DNA of 61,077 nucleotides, filler included, from Sphacelaria rigidula (Eukaryota), in assembly GCA_964200075.2 (NCBI GenBank). It is 8 parts of 8 records of this genome, joined end to end, with 100 filler letters (N's around TTAATTAATTAA, not from the genome) between each part and the next. Parts side by side here need not be neighbours in the genome. Positions count along the whole stretch, not along the records: positions 30,590 to 38,136 come from CAXNAA020014395.1; positions 38,237 to 45,783 come from CAXNAA020014396.1; positions 45,884 to 53,430 come from CAXNAA020014397.1; 5 more parts are not named here. One strand, given 5' to 3'. The translations under genes were made by a program, and so were the position numbers. This document shows positions 35,414 through 47,252 of the stretch, piece after piece (within the stretch, counting starts at the first letter, position 1; each line of letters begins with the position of its first letter). A model generated the notes under the pieces. The model did not search any database. It was not told the origin of the DNA and saw only the letters and a list, made by a program, of their open reading frames with translations.

Positions 35414-38136
35414 ATGGACATGAACGACGAAAACACGCCACCCAGCTCTTCCGCGAGCGGACATCTATGGTCGAAGACTTCTGCACCCACTGTTCATGTA
35501 GAGAGGAAGTCTAGAAAGTATCGTCTGTCGCTGAGGTTCACACCAGGACAGGGCGAAAGGCCCGAGCGGAAGAAATCTTCCCGTTTCGAAACACGGCAGC
35601 TGGCGGAAGCAGCTGCCGAGGGGTGGAGGTTAAACTGGGAGGAAGGGAGGAGGGGTCGACCCACTAGTGGCAACTTGCCAGGAGCGATCAGGAGCGTAGG
35701 TCATGAGCAATCTGTCGTTCCCTTGGGTGAGTCTTTGGAGGCTGTTGTTTGTTACTCGTACTGCTTTTTGTTGCTGCTGTAGTCTGTACTGCACATATGA
35801 CGGTAGAAACCACCCCTCCGTGGCAGCAGTCGTGGTCGGACCAAATCTTGACGCCTGAGGTTATGTTCAATAGGGAATGTCGATCGTTATTGGCGGAACA
35901 TTCCTTGTGTGGCATGCAGTGCGCAGCGCATGCTGCTTCACTTCCGTTTGAAGTTACGTTCGAGACGGTGTCCATCAGCAACCACCATGCAGATATGTTC
36001 ACATCGAGGGTGGTAATGCATGTATGGCACTTTCTGGTCGTTTAGCCGCACGCTTCGTCTGCCTTTTGCACTTCGCGAATACATAAGAGTTGTGCTTTCA
36101 CGAGTGCCACTGCTTGTGCTGTTGCGCAGCGCCATCTGTAGGGGTGCAACTGCTGCTGTTGCTGCTCCTCCTTGCTGCCGATGAAATATGACGCAAGATA
36201 TCACTCTTCCGACGATGACGTGTGGGATCTCAAACTAATCACAAATATAGTGTGCACATGTTGTGGTGCGGATTCGTGGTTCATTTGTCGCGCCGAAGGG
36301 TGGGATTTGGAATGGACGGGATGGCTGCTGCTCTCCTGTACATTAAACTAACGGAACTGTAATCCACGACGACGAAATCCAATTCACTGTCACATTCCAC
36401 AGGGGAATCGATCAACAGCAACAACGCCCCTCGAGTAAACACATTGGGCTCCAACAAGGAAAATAGGCAACCCAGTTCTCCCGTGGCGGAACGGGAGTGG
36501 AAGAAGACTTCTACACCTCGTGTGACAGAGGAGAAGCCCGGAGGGATGTTTCGTTTAAGCCTTGAGTACACGCCTGCGAGAGGGAAGAAGGTTCAGCGGG
36601 TTTTATCGCAGCGGTTTGGTACACGTGACGAGGCCGAGGCAGCGGCTGAGGAGTGGAGGTTGAGATGGGAAGAGAAGAGGAGGGGTTTCCCCACTGATGA
36701 TCGCTCGCCAGAGGTAGCGACCATATCCCATTATAAAGAACCTGCGATTCCCCGAGGTGAGTCATCACAGGTCGTGCGTATGTTGTGACTGCTGCGCGTG
36801 CTGCTGCTGCTTCCTGGAGGTTTGACGCGATGCTATAATGCACAGTCTCCATGATGACGTTCGGGTACGGCAAGTGTATTCGCCCAACGTGATGTTCTGC
36901 AGAAGACATCATTCATTGTGCGCGCACGCTGCATTGCAAGGCGTGCACCATGCTGTCTATACGGTTGAGAATTGTCTTGCTACTCTTAGAGCCACAGTCT
37001 GTCCCACTCTTATGGCTGGTGTCCCCCGTTTACAACCTTACTCAAACGCCCGGTGATACATGTGCGCCGACACACTTCGGTGATCCTGTTGTGTAACCCA
37101 CCGCGGCGAAATCCAATCGCTCGCCACATTCCACAGGGAAATCGCTTAACAGCCTCGCCCATCTCAACTCCGTCGATGAGCGAAGACTTAAGCGGCTACG
37201 CCTGGAAGGCCACCAAATGACCCGCACGAATTTCGCTTCGTCGTCGGCGCTTTCCAGCCGAGAGCGAAGATGCGTGGAACGAGGTGGGCGGAGGAGGGAT
37301 GAAAGGATTTCTGGCAGATTCAGCAGGCGTGCTTCCTACCTTGGTCCACGGATCGCAGGGCTGAATACGAAGAATAAATACCTCGATTCATTAATCGAGC
37401 GCCTTGGGGCGCATCTGTTCCCACGTCGACATATGCTACTCCTGCCCGACGAGGACGTGGACCCACAGATTCAAAATGCCGCAGAGCTGGGTCGCAGCGT
37501 GCCCGCGCCTGTGTCGGCCGTGCAGATGGAGCGTCTGGGTTATCAAGCGTATACAACCTTCGAAATTCTGAAGGCAGAACGTGAGCGTAATGGAAAAGTC
37601 TTGGAATACTTGGAGGAGGCCAATCGTATTTGCGAAGGAGGCGCGCCCGCAACAAAAACTGCCGTGAGGACCGCCGATCGTCGCGTGTACGGCCTCATGT
37701 CAGATGTGCTAGCGCTTCGCCATGAATCGTCTCTGTTGAACATCGCGGTGGACGTCGTGATGTGTTCCGACCTCGCCGGCGTCAAGCCTCGGACAGTTCT
37801 GAAATGGGCGGACGAATTTAAGAAAACCAAGGGCTACTTCAAGCGCGACGGAAGGGGGGTGTATGAGAGGGAGTGGATATTCAACGAGGAGGATTTGAAG
37901 CTGAAGCTCTTACGGTGGCTCAAGTCGCAGAAGCGGCTCACTATCAACTCGATCCGTCGATACATCAATGACGGCTTCTTTGAGGGAGAAGGAGGGATGA
38001 TGAAGCTGAAGCGGTATAATCTGACACTCCCTATCTCCGCATCCACGATCCACTCATGGGTGACAAAACTGGGGTGTACGTACGAGAGGCACAGTCAATC
38101 GTATTACACTGACGGCCATGAGAGACCTGATGTAGT
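35414..38136 (+). CDS. Spliced DNA-transposase gene (probably IS630/Tc1-related); exons 35414-35726, 36403-36756, 37137->38136, truncated by contig end
   Basis: Both introns GTGAGT...CCACAG in phase 1 giving one open frame; HTH-like AGVKPRTVLKW and ISASTIHSWVTKLG...YYTDGHERPDV; catalytic core beyond the contig. Confidence 0.75.
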
Positions 38137-38831
38137 NNNNNNNNNNNNNNNNNNNNNNNNNNNNNNNNNNNNNNNNNNNNTTAATTAATTAANNNNNNNN
38201 NNNNNNNNNNNNNNNNNNNNNNNNNNNNNNNNNNNNAAATAAAAAATAATAATTTCTTTAAATTTTTAAAGACCTGAACGAAGTACAAAAATGCTATCCC
38301 CCCCCCCCCCCCCCCCTATCGTCCTCATCGACTGATGGTGCTGACGACCGAACGCTGAGATGTACATCCGCACTAGGGGTAGGGCCCGGAAATACAGGCA
38401 TTGATCGTTCTAGCGGGCACAAATCTTCGACGGGTGGTGATTCGTGCCCCAACGCTGATTGTGAGAATATGCGTACTGCTACGAGAATGCTGCCGGAGAC
38501 GTGTAGGGACGATACGTCTCCGAAGTTTACTTGCTGTACTAGCCCTGCCCGAATCTTAAGCCAAGCAACAAGACCGTCTACAGCTGTTCGTAGCGTTGCA
38601 ATATCAAACGGAAGTACCGCTTAGGTGACGTTTTGATAGTAGTCGAATTAGCAGCCACCCCTGCTAAGGATAGTCTGCCCGGGGTTACGAAGAAATACGT
38701 GTATGTGGTGTATATGATCAAGGATGCGTGTATCGCGTCATGGTCGTTCGACCTTCACGATGATGAAACACTTACTCTATGCCGGCATAACACTCTCCGG
38801 GAAGACATACCTTTGTTCAACGGGACATACC

Positions 38832-41450
38832 TGTTTTTGCATCCGCTTGGCCTTAAGCGACGATAGGAAGCGCCTGTGGTGCTCCTTCTGCCGACGCCTC
38901 GTAGCCGCAATACGCTCGAAACGCTCCTGCCAGTCGCCATACACACGCATGACCAAAATAGATGGTACGACAACACACGCATGGCCGAAATATCCTAACA
39001 TGTACAAATGCGTCTTCGGCGTCTAGTCAACTCACGGTGGCCACCGAAACCTGCCGAGTATTCAGCCGCAAAGGTGCGTCCGGCCGCTTTCACAGGAGGC
39101 CCCAACCGCGTTCTTCAACTTCGGAACATTCCGACAACCGAACCGCTCGTACCATCGCACACTAAATAGGCATGTGCCTGTTTTTCGAGACATGCTGCGA
39201 ATTTTGAAGCCATTCCGTCAAGTGTCCGCGCAGAAAGACGGTAACGTCAGTTACCCTATAACTGCGACGTATGCGGTTTCATGTGATGCCCGATTCGACC
39301 GTATCATGCAAATGACGGACACCCGGGTAGCGTGCCAGATCACTGACGGACGAATCTGCGGGCTCCAACCCGGGAAAAGGGGGTGGGTTTCAAGCGGAAA
39401 CGAGAAACTGTAGTGCGACTGGGTGACCGGCGATCTTTGTTACCAAACCTTGTGGACTGTGCTAGTGGGAACGTGCACAGCATACCTCGTCGAGCCTTTT
39501 CTTCTCTTCCGGCGTTGGCACCTCCGCGTCGCATTTGCGCTCCACCTGCTCGTGGGTGGGTCAACGGACCAGCGGATGGATTTTTTCATGCCGACGAAGC
39601 CTTCGATGGTGGAGTGGATCACGGTGTGCGTCTGCCCGGGTAACAAATATAACGGTAAGGCGATTGCCCCCCCCCCGCTTCCCTCCTTCCCAACTGTTGG
39701 AGGTGTCTCTATCAGGAGTAGAATGGTGCTCCGTCTCAAAGGGGTGCGTGGGCAATGGTCAAACGACTAAGATAAGCAACCAGTGAGTACGCCCCCTCCC
39801 CCTTCCCCTTTACAGTCAGTCATGCCCGGCTCAGCAGTGGTTAAAAAAGTCAGGTTGTGAGCATCTTGCCGTAAAGGATCTGGAATAAAAAAAGACAAGG
39901 ATGGCTGATTCAACCTTTGTCGCAAGAAGGAACATCTTGCGCGGGTACGATCAATAATAATGACACCAAAGTGTCCAGGCACACGTTAACCTACCAAATC
40001 CACCCGACACGAGATGAGAGGACCCCTCCACGCCTCTACCTGACAGACGAGACAGATGCCTTATTGCACCTCGAGGCCGAATGACTCTACAGCGAAATTC
40101 GGACCCCTGAGCCCCCACTCCCGACGTCTCAGGGTGAATACCGCATTGAGGCGGGCAGGCAGGTAGGCTGGCCGAGCCAACAAATACCAAAACTCGCGAA
40201 CTCGACGTCAACCAACGACCCCGCGCGCACACACAAACACGCGACCCCACAGAAACGCAGGCATACCTTGCCGTTTCTTGCGGCAAGTGTCTCTTGTGCA
40301 TAAAGCGGGGTGCCGCCGCCACCGCTCCCCACACCACATGATAAAGCAAAACCTTCCGACTTCGTTTCCACCGCCACCCCTCCAGACGGCACAACCACCC
40401 CACTATGATCTGCCCCCGTCCCCTCCAAAATCGCGCTTCGCTCGATGGTCAGGTTTCCAACGACAGCGGCAGCGGCAGCGGCAGAGGCAAACGTTGTTGG
40501 TGCTGATGTTTTTGCTGCCGCAGCTGCAGCAGCAGCATGGACCCGTTGCTTTGCTCGCTCGAGCAATAGATCTCGGGTACGCCGGCTAGCCGCTTCGCGT
40601 CGTAGAGCCTTGGCTACTTGCTTTTGTCGTTCTGCTCGTTTTTCCTGTTTTATAGAGCAGGGAAGGTGACAGGGAGATCATGTATCATTCACGACTACCA
40701 AATCCACTGTATTGTGTGAAGCCAATTCGTTGTCAGATGCTCAGTTCATGTAGAATGGAGCGAACAATACGTGAGCAACTATTCGGAAAGCCGTTTCCTT
40801 TCCTCACATCAATCAAATGTTGTGGAAATGATAGCGGCGTGGTTATCCCCGATACGGCCCTGTCAAAAATACCGCCACTCCCATCCACACACACGGTCGC
40901 GCTCGCCTACACACCACGTTCTTACTACCGTTTTTACGTTCGATACAGAGAGCCAAGTTGATGGGGGGGGTTGTGTATTGTGAATGTATACGCGTGGAAC
41001 GAACAAGCCCATATTACCTCCCCGAGCTTCTCGAGCCACTCCTGATGGCGCTTCTGGTGCCTTCCACCGCCATCATTATTGCCGCCACGGATACCCCCTC
41101 CGCTGCTCCTGCTCCTTCGTCTCACGCTGCCGCTGCCGCTGCCGCTGCCGCTGCCGCGAACGCTTGCACCACCCTCGGTGAAGACTTTGTGCTTTCTACT
41201 GCCGGCGACGTGATTTAGGTTGTTGTCGTCCTCACCGTTGTTGTCGTTGTCATTCCGTCGATGATGCCGCCGCCGGTTGTTGATGGCGCGCTGCACAACT
41301 TGCCTGCCGGGATCGAGCACAATACAACGCGAGATCGGTTTGAATGCACAGACAACGTCACCGAAGTTGCACGTGTCGTTTTCGAGATACGCTAAGCCCC
41401 GACCTCCTGGCCCGAAGGTTTTGGCCGGCACTATGGCGCAGGCGCATATT
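38832..41450 (-). CDS. Putative exons of an unknown gene (~41450-41018, ~40650-40403, ~39023-38832)
   Basis: Open GC-rich frames with splice-like borders; hydrophobic segment LYMLGYFGHACVVVPSILVM followed by a basic helical stretch; no family recognised. Confidence 0.4.
39697..39791. repeat. Interspersed repeat family B; further copies at 48150-48216, 48911-49062, 50663-50813, 55537-55563
   Basis: Shared GGATGCRTGGTCAATGGTCAAGYGACTAAGGCRAGCAAYAAATGAGTACG plus C-tract. Confidence 0.88.
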
Positions 41451-43668
41451 TTGTCTCAGGTTTTTTGCAGAAGTGTCGTTGAAAGGATGAAGCCTATTAT
41501 GTGAAAATGAAGGGGTGGGGAGACGCGCGGGGTACTACACTGTGGAAACTTTGTGCCCAGCAAGAGGTTTTCGTGAGCAAACCACGTGCTTGTGTGTTTT
41601 GATGAGGTCGGCATCCCGATGCAAAGTGGGTAATGGTTGAGATACACCTCACGCACAGGCCGCTCGCTCCCTACTTGTTCATAAAATGCACAAAATGTAA
41701 CCTTTGCGCAACATTGCATGTGCGCTCGTACAAGGACTATTACATCTAAGCCGTTGTACAGATCTAAGACATGCATGTTTCGATCGAAGTTCTCGAGTAG
41801 CACTGTCGATTGATGCTGCGGTACCTGTTGAAACGTCCCCGTGTGTATTGTTGCTGATTGATGTGGGCTACGCTAGTCTGTGGATATAAGCTGCCAACTT
41901 TATATTTCTCAAGTCTACTAGTTGTTTTTGAAACACGGCTCATTTCTAGGCTATCGAAATACACTGCCTGAACCATAAGCGAGGGGATTGCTCGGTGTCA
42001 GGTCTTCGTAGGGATTTCCTCGGAAGGTGTCAATCAGCCTTGCCTGCCCCTCCGCGGCAGCGAAACAGCCCTGCGAGAACAGCTCTCAAGCGCAGGCCGC
42101 GCTGCCGCCTTCGTGGTGGTCGTACGTAGGTGCCCCTCGGTTGAGGTGTTCCGACCTCGACTGTCGACCTTTTTGCTCTTGTCTTGTGCGACATGGTTGT
42201 TGACTTCGCCCCTGCCCTCACGTCTGGTGTCTCGCTGTCGTTGCCCGGTTTGCACAGAAATTTCCACGGTCGGGGGGAAGAGGGTAAGACGAGGGTGGGC
42301 AGAAGCGGCACATCAACGCATACATTCTTGCACGATTTAGTTATGAGATCGTTGACCTCGCGCCTTCATTACAAGGAGACGGGGAGCGACGGAAGTCGAA
42401 CGGACGGGGAGGGTGGGCAGTCTTACGAATGGAAGAAGACCACGAGCCGTGGTTCTCGCCGGGAAACTGTTTGAAAGCAAAAACTAAAGAAACCTGCCGG
42501 TGAAAACCGACCCATGACGGGTGATTGCTCCTGAGATGTTTCGAATCGTCCATGCTGTTGCCGACATGACACGGGGTTGGAGTCAGAGGCACAGCTCAAG
42601 AAATTCGCGTGATTGTTTCCCCTTCGTTTCCTTTTCGCTATGTAGGCTACGGCGGTCAACAATCGAGACCATATGCACTCCTCTAAGGTGACTTTTTTCA
42701 ACTGGGTCGCCGTGATCAGACCCGCATTGGCGCTTTCTTTGTCTTGTTCTCCGTCGCACTGATACCTGCCGAGAATGAATATGAGTTTCGACACGTCAGA
42801 AAAATGTCTGCGCACTGCTGTGCCTCCATCTTCATTTGAAACCAAAACATCTGGGAGCAAATCAAAACCGAAATACAGCGTCTGCTGCTTACCGCAGCTG
42901 CGAACGAAAATGGAACCGCTTCGTCCGCCTCCGCATCGCTGTTACCGAAACTCCAGGTGCTCAAGCCGTACAGGGTCCTCCCTTCCAGAGGTGGAGATGG
43001 GAACAGCGGAGAACCGTCCACGCCCCCGTGAAACGGTGGGGGGAGCAGCTCCCCCTCTGATGGTGGAACTGGTGCCTGCTCACGCAAAGAACGACACAAA
43101 ACCATAGCCTGACTTTATCTTGTGTACTGTACTGTACTGTACTGTCGACGCAAAGAACTTGTTTATGAGGAGCAACGCTCGTCATACTGGATTTGCGTAG
43201 GCATTGTATTTGACGAAACCGTCACTCATGTGCACCCGGTGTCGGGAGCAGTAAACCGCTACATGTTTCGGAGGGTGACAGACCGAACAAAACACACAGA
43301 GGACAGCGAAAGATTGACTGTGGTGGTGGAAGAGTGTGACAGCATAACTTGAAACATCATCGTTCGTTCATGCCAGTTCGATAGAGGACTGTACACGACT
43401 CGGCAGCGTAGAATGGAAATGTAAGTTGTCACCATATGAAAATATTGTACTCCACAACATTTTAGCATCACCCGTACACGATTATCGAAGTGTCCCTCTG
43501 CGGTTTTAGTCGGCCGCACCAGCTAGTGTCATCACAAAGAAATACAACAACTAAACGCAGAGATACATCCATGCGGTATTTGTGTGCAGTCACCGTGAGT
43601 CGCAGCCCAGGCTACCAGCGTAACTCCTAACAACGATACTCGCATGCTCACTGTACATTTCACGTCAA

Positions 43669-45442
43669 GGGTACACTCAGCAAGCAGCGGAGCGCACGGG
43701 TTTCTGAATTCTACCTCAAGCACTGTGATACACGATTTGATAGCAGGATTTAGCGCTCGAATTCCCCACCTGCCCTCGGAAGTAATCGTCGAGGCGTGGA
43801 CTGCTGTCAATGTCCCACGTGTCATCCTCCCCACGCCCGTCCGATTGGGAAGGGGTTCCGCCTCTTCCGGTGCCGGGCATGCCCAGGACATGACTGCGAT
43901 AACCGTCAGGTTGTACAAGGCGCGGACTTACTACGAGCATGGTCGATACGTTCTACTGGATCAGACGACGGACAGAGAAAACATACAACCAAGTACAGGT
44001 AGCGTGGGGTCAGGCCCTGAGCAGATGGACGAGATCGCTTCGTCCACATGTATGCGTTGATGCAAGAAATGAAACAGCTGTTGCTGTCTGCGCCCTCTCG
44101 CGCCTTTCTTGAAACCTCTATATCCCCTGTTTGTTTTTCGGTGTACTTCTGTCTTCCTTCTGCTCTGTTAACGATTTTATCTCGAGTCAGTCTTCGAGTG
44201 GCCATGTAGCTGTTGTTCTAGGATGACATCCTATATTTCACGAATAGGCAGCTCTATCACGGTCGACCTTTGGCGGTACAGCTCATGTCCTAGGAACCCC
44301 AAGGTTAATTTCGGGTGTGCACTCAAGCATGTCGTAGGGGCAATTGCTGGTGGCCTCCGTTGCGGTGGTTTCTTTGACACCTTGTGAGGTTGGCAATGCC
44401 TTGGTGCATCATTTTCCGGGCGTGCTACGAGCCAGCGGACGACTGATATCTTGCGCGGGAGGAAATTCATTCGAGTTCCACGTGATTCGGTCAAGGACCG
44501 TAGGTTTTAGGGCATTCTGAATAATGCGGTGCTAGCTACTCTCACACCTTGTAGCCGCGCCCGTGGTCTGCTCCGGCGACTCGCCTCCTGCCTTGCGAAT
44601 CTGTTGAGAAGACGAACCCTCTTCAACACGACCTCCACCCACATCATGCAGTTTCTTCATTTCCTGTTTTAGCCACGCTTGCTCCATTTCACCCTTTTCC
44701 GCCGCTCCGTTTCCCTGGTCCTCACTATATTGGCTGTTGTCTGCGTCAGACCTGCAGTCGTCGCCACTGCTGCCATCCCAGCGTGGGCGAACACCGCTGT
44801 CCAAGAGAGATTCGAAGAGGAAGCAAATAGAAATGGAATGTGTTCACTATTGTCCCACCGCAGCGTGTTTCTCCCCGCCGCAGAAGCCAAGCGGGATTGG
44901 TGGAACCGAAGGACAGCGACGCACCTTTCCCATTCAGAACCTAGACTAAACATAATCAACGGCATTTTTTGCTGTGAGCATCTTTATATTCCCACAAATA
45001 TTCTTGTTCGATATGTTTCCATTGTCGTGGCTTCCTCGCTTATGTGTGTCGTGTTCACCCGTTTCCTTCACGCTCCTCGTTGTCGTCGTGGACGCTCGAC
45101 GAGCCATTGTCATCGTCCCCTGCATCATACTCTCGTTGGGATTCCCAAGCGTCGATCAGTCGGTTTCCTAGCATCTCGCGCATTCTCGAGCTAACCTCGA
45201 GCGACGGCCCTCCGGCATCAGGGTTGTGTATTCCAATCCGCCCTTCCGTTCCTCCAGCACCGTTGTTGCTTCCCCAGCAGAACGACGCAGCGGTCTCGAC
45301 GGACGCTGCACCAGGCGACGTCGTGAGTCTGTCCATGAGTGACCATCGGGAGCGAGTAAACACAGAGAAAGCAAAGCGAAAACAGCCATCATGGCACATG
45401 TCACCTGAGCATGTCTGGTCGAGCGATGAAAACGCAAATGAG
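43669..45442 (+). CDS. Putative exons of an unknown gene (~43669-43998, ~45191-45442)
   Basis: Open frames ending at CAG|GTAG and GAG|GTAC donors; no family recognised. Confidence 0.35.
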
Positions 45443-47252
45443 GTACAGTTTGTAGGAATATTTGGGGCGTATAGGAATTTCCACACGAACACTGGAGGGG
45501 GACAACGCTCGAACGATGCTTCGGCATATTTATGCTGCCGTTATGTGGTTTATTCATGACCTACCGCCGGTTGCTCCCCGGAGCTCACGTGGGCTCACGC
45601 CCGGCGAAATTCCCTACTACTTTTTCTGTAAGGTATTCGTTCGACTCTGCGCAGGATATTTTCGTTATGTGAAAAGCTTTCATAACTCTCATTAGTTTCC
45701 ATGGTTTGTACACCACAAGGCCTTCCCCCACCCCCCCCCCCTCTTCCCCCCCCCACCCCCCGACTCTCTTCCCCAACCCTACCNNNNNNNNNNNNNNNNN
45801 NNNNNNNNNNNNNNNNNNNNNNNNNNNTTAATTAATTAANNNNNNNNNNNNNNNNNNNNNNNNNNNNNNNNNNNNNNNNNNNNGGTGAGGGGGGGGGGGG
45901 GGCGGGGGGGGGGGGGGGGGGCGGCAAAAACGACTCATAGCGCAGGCGTAAATGGACTTGGCCAGTTACGAGAGTATGTTTTAAACAAAAATCAGTCATC
46001 ACTTGTAAGCGTAGACTTGTAGGATCGGGTGACGTGGTCAATCCCTCGTGCATGATCCTGTTGGCGTGTTCCATGGGTTCAGTTTGTGTCGGAGCGACGA
46101 CTGCGAACCCACTCGCACCCTTGTTCCCTACGGTAAATCAAGAGTGCTGCCGAGGAAAAGTTGTCGGTGGTGGGTCGCCCCCACATGATTCGTGTACTTT
46201 GAGGCGCTGCTCTCTCCCTCCCTCTCTCTCTCTACTCCAAAAACAAGGACTACGGAACGGAGTGTAACGTACAATCTATAGCCTCTGCCAGACGATCTGG
46301 ACAAGAGAAGTATCGACGAGGGACTCCTTCAGTAGCATTGGCCTTGTGCTCTACAATTCCTTTCTTCTCACTTGATATTATCACGGAGTGATCCTTACCA
46401 GACCACATCCCAAGCCAGCAGCTAGGGGGCACACAGATAAGGGCAATCAATCCAGGATCCCCTCCCCCCTGCCAATCATGCATGCAGTTATACTGAAACC
46501 TACGGCTTGGTATCGTTTGGCTACAAAGCCTTGAAACGAAAATGTAAGAAGGAAAAATGTATACAGTAGTGGGCGGTCTAACTATCCATTTTGAGGCATT
46601 TTGTGATTTCTTCGTAGTTGGCGATTTTCTAGGCTCTTTTCGCTTGCCACCGCTCACCACATTGGGGATATGAAGATATTTGTATCCTCTCCACATTTCT
46701 AGGAAAAAAAATCATCTGTACTCAGCATTGAGTGACTTACGGGCTGACCGGTCATCGGGGGTCCTGCGACGTTTCAGTCCAGATTCTTACTCATCGGTAT
46801 TTTCGGTCGATCGAGCCTGGCCCGATCATTTTTCTTAAAAAATGTATAGTTTTATTTTTCTGAAATTCTTCCTACTCCTTGCACTAGAGCGGGAAAACTG
46901 TGTTTCACGGTCAATAACACCCTCCTGATGAACGGGGTATTTACTCGTTTCGCCCGATAACACCAATTAGCACTGACTTGAGCACTGTGTTTCGACGATG
47001 ATTTGCTGTGTTGTACCAAAATCTACCGACGCTGGCAATTTCGAGTTCTATCGAAGAGTAGTACGCGAGGAAACCCCCAAACCCCGCTAAATAGTTAGAC
47101 CGCCCACTATTGTACTCCGGAGTATATCAGTCTCAAGTGATCCTGTTCTTGAAGAACATTCCCGCCCTTGTTCCCTCCGTCTATCTGTTCATCTCTGTCT
47201 GTGTACTCTCTGTGTATTCTCTCGCCTGCGATGTCATCATCATAATTATCAG

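Noticed and set aside
20038-38136. Functional cluster of sulfatase, WD40 protein, zinc chaperone and transposase
   Set aside because: Sulfatase, WD40 and ZNG1 genes are on different, unlinked contigs
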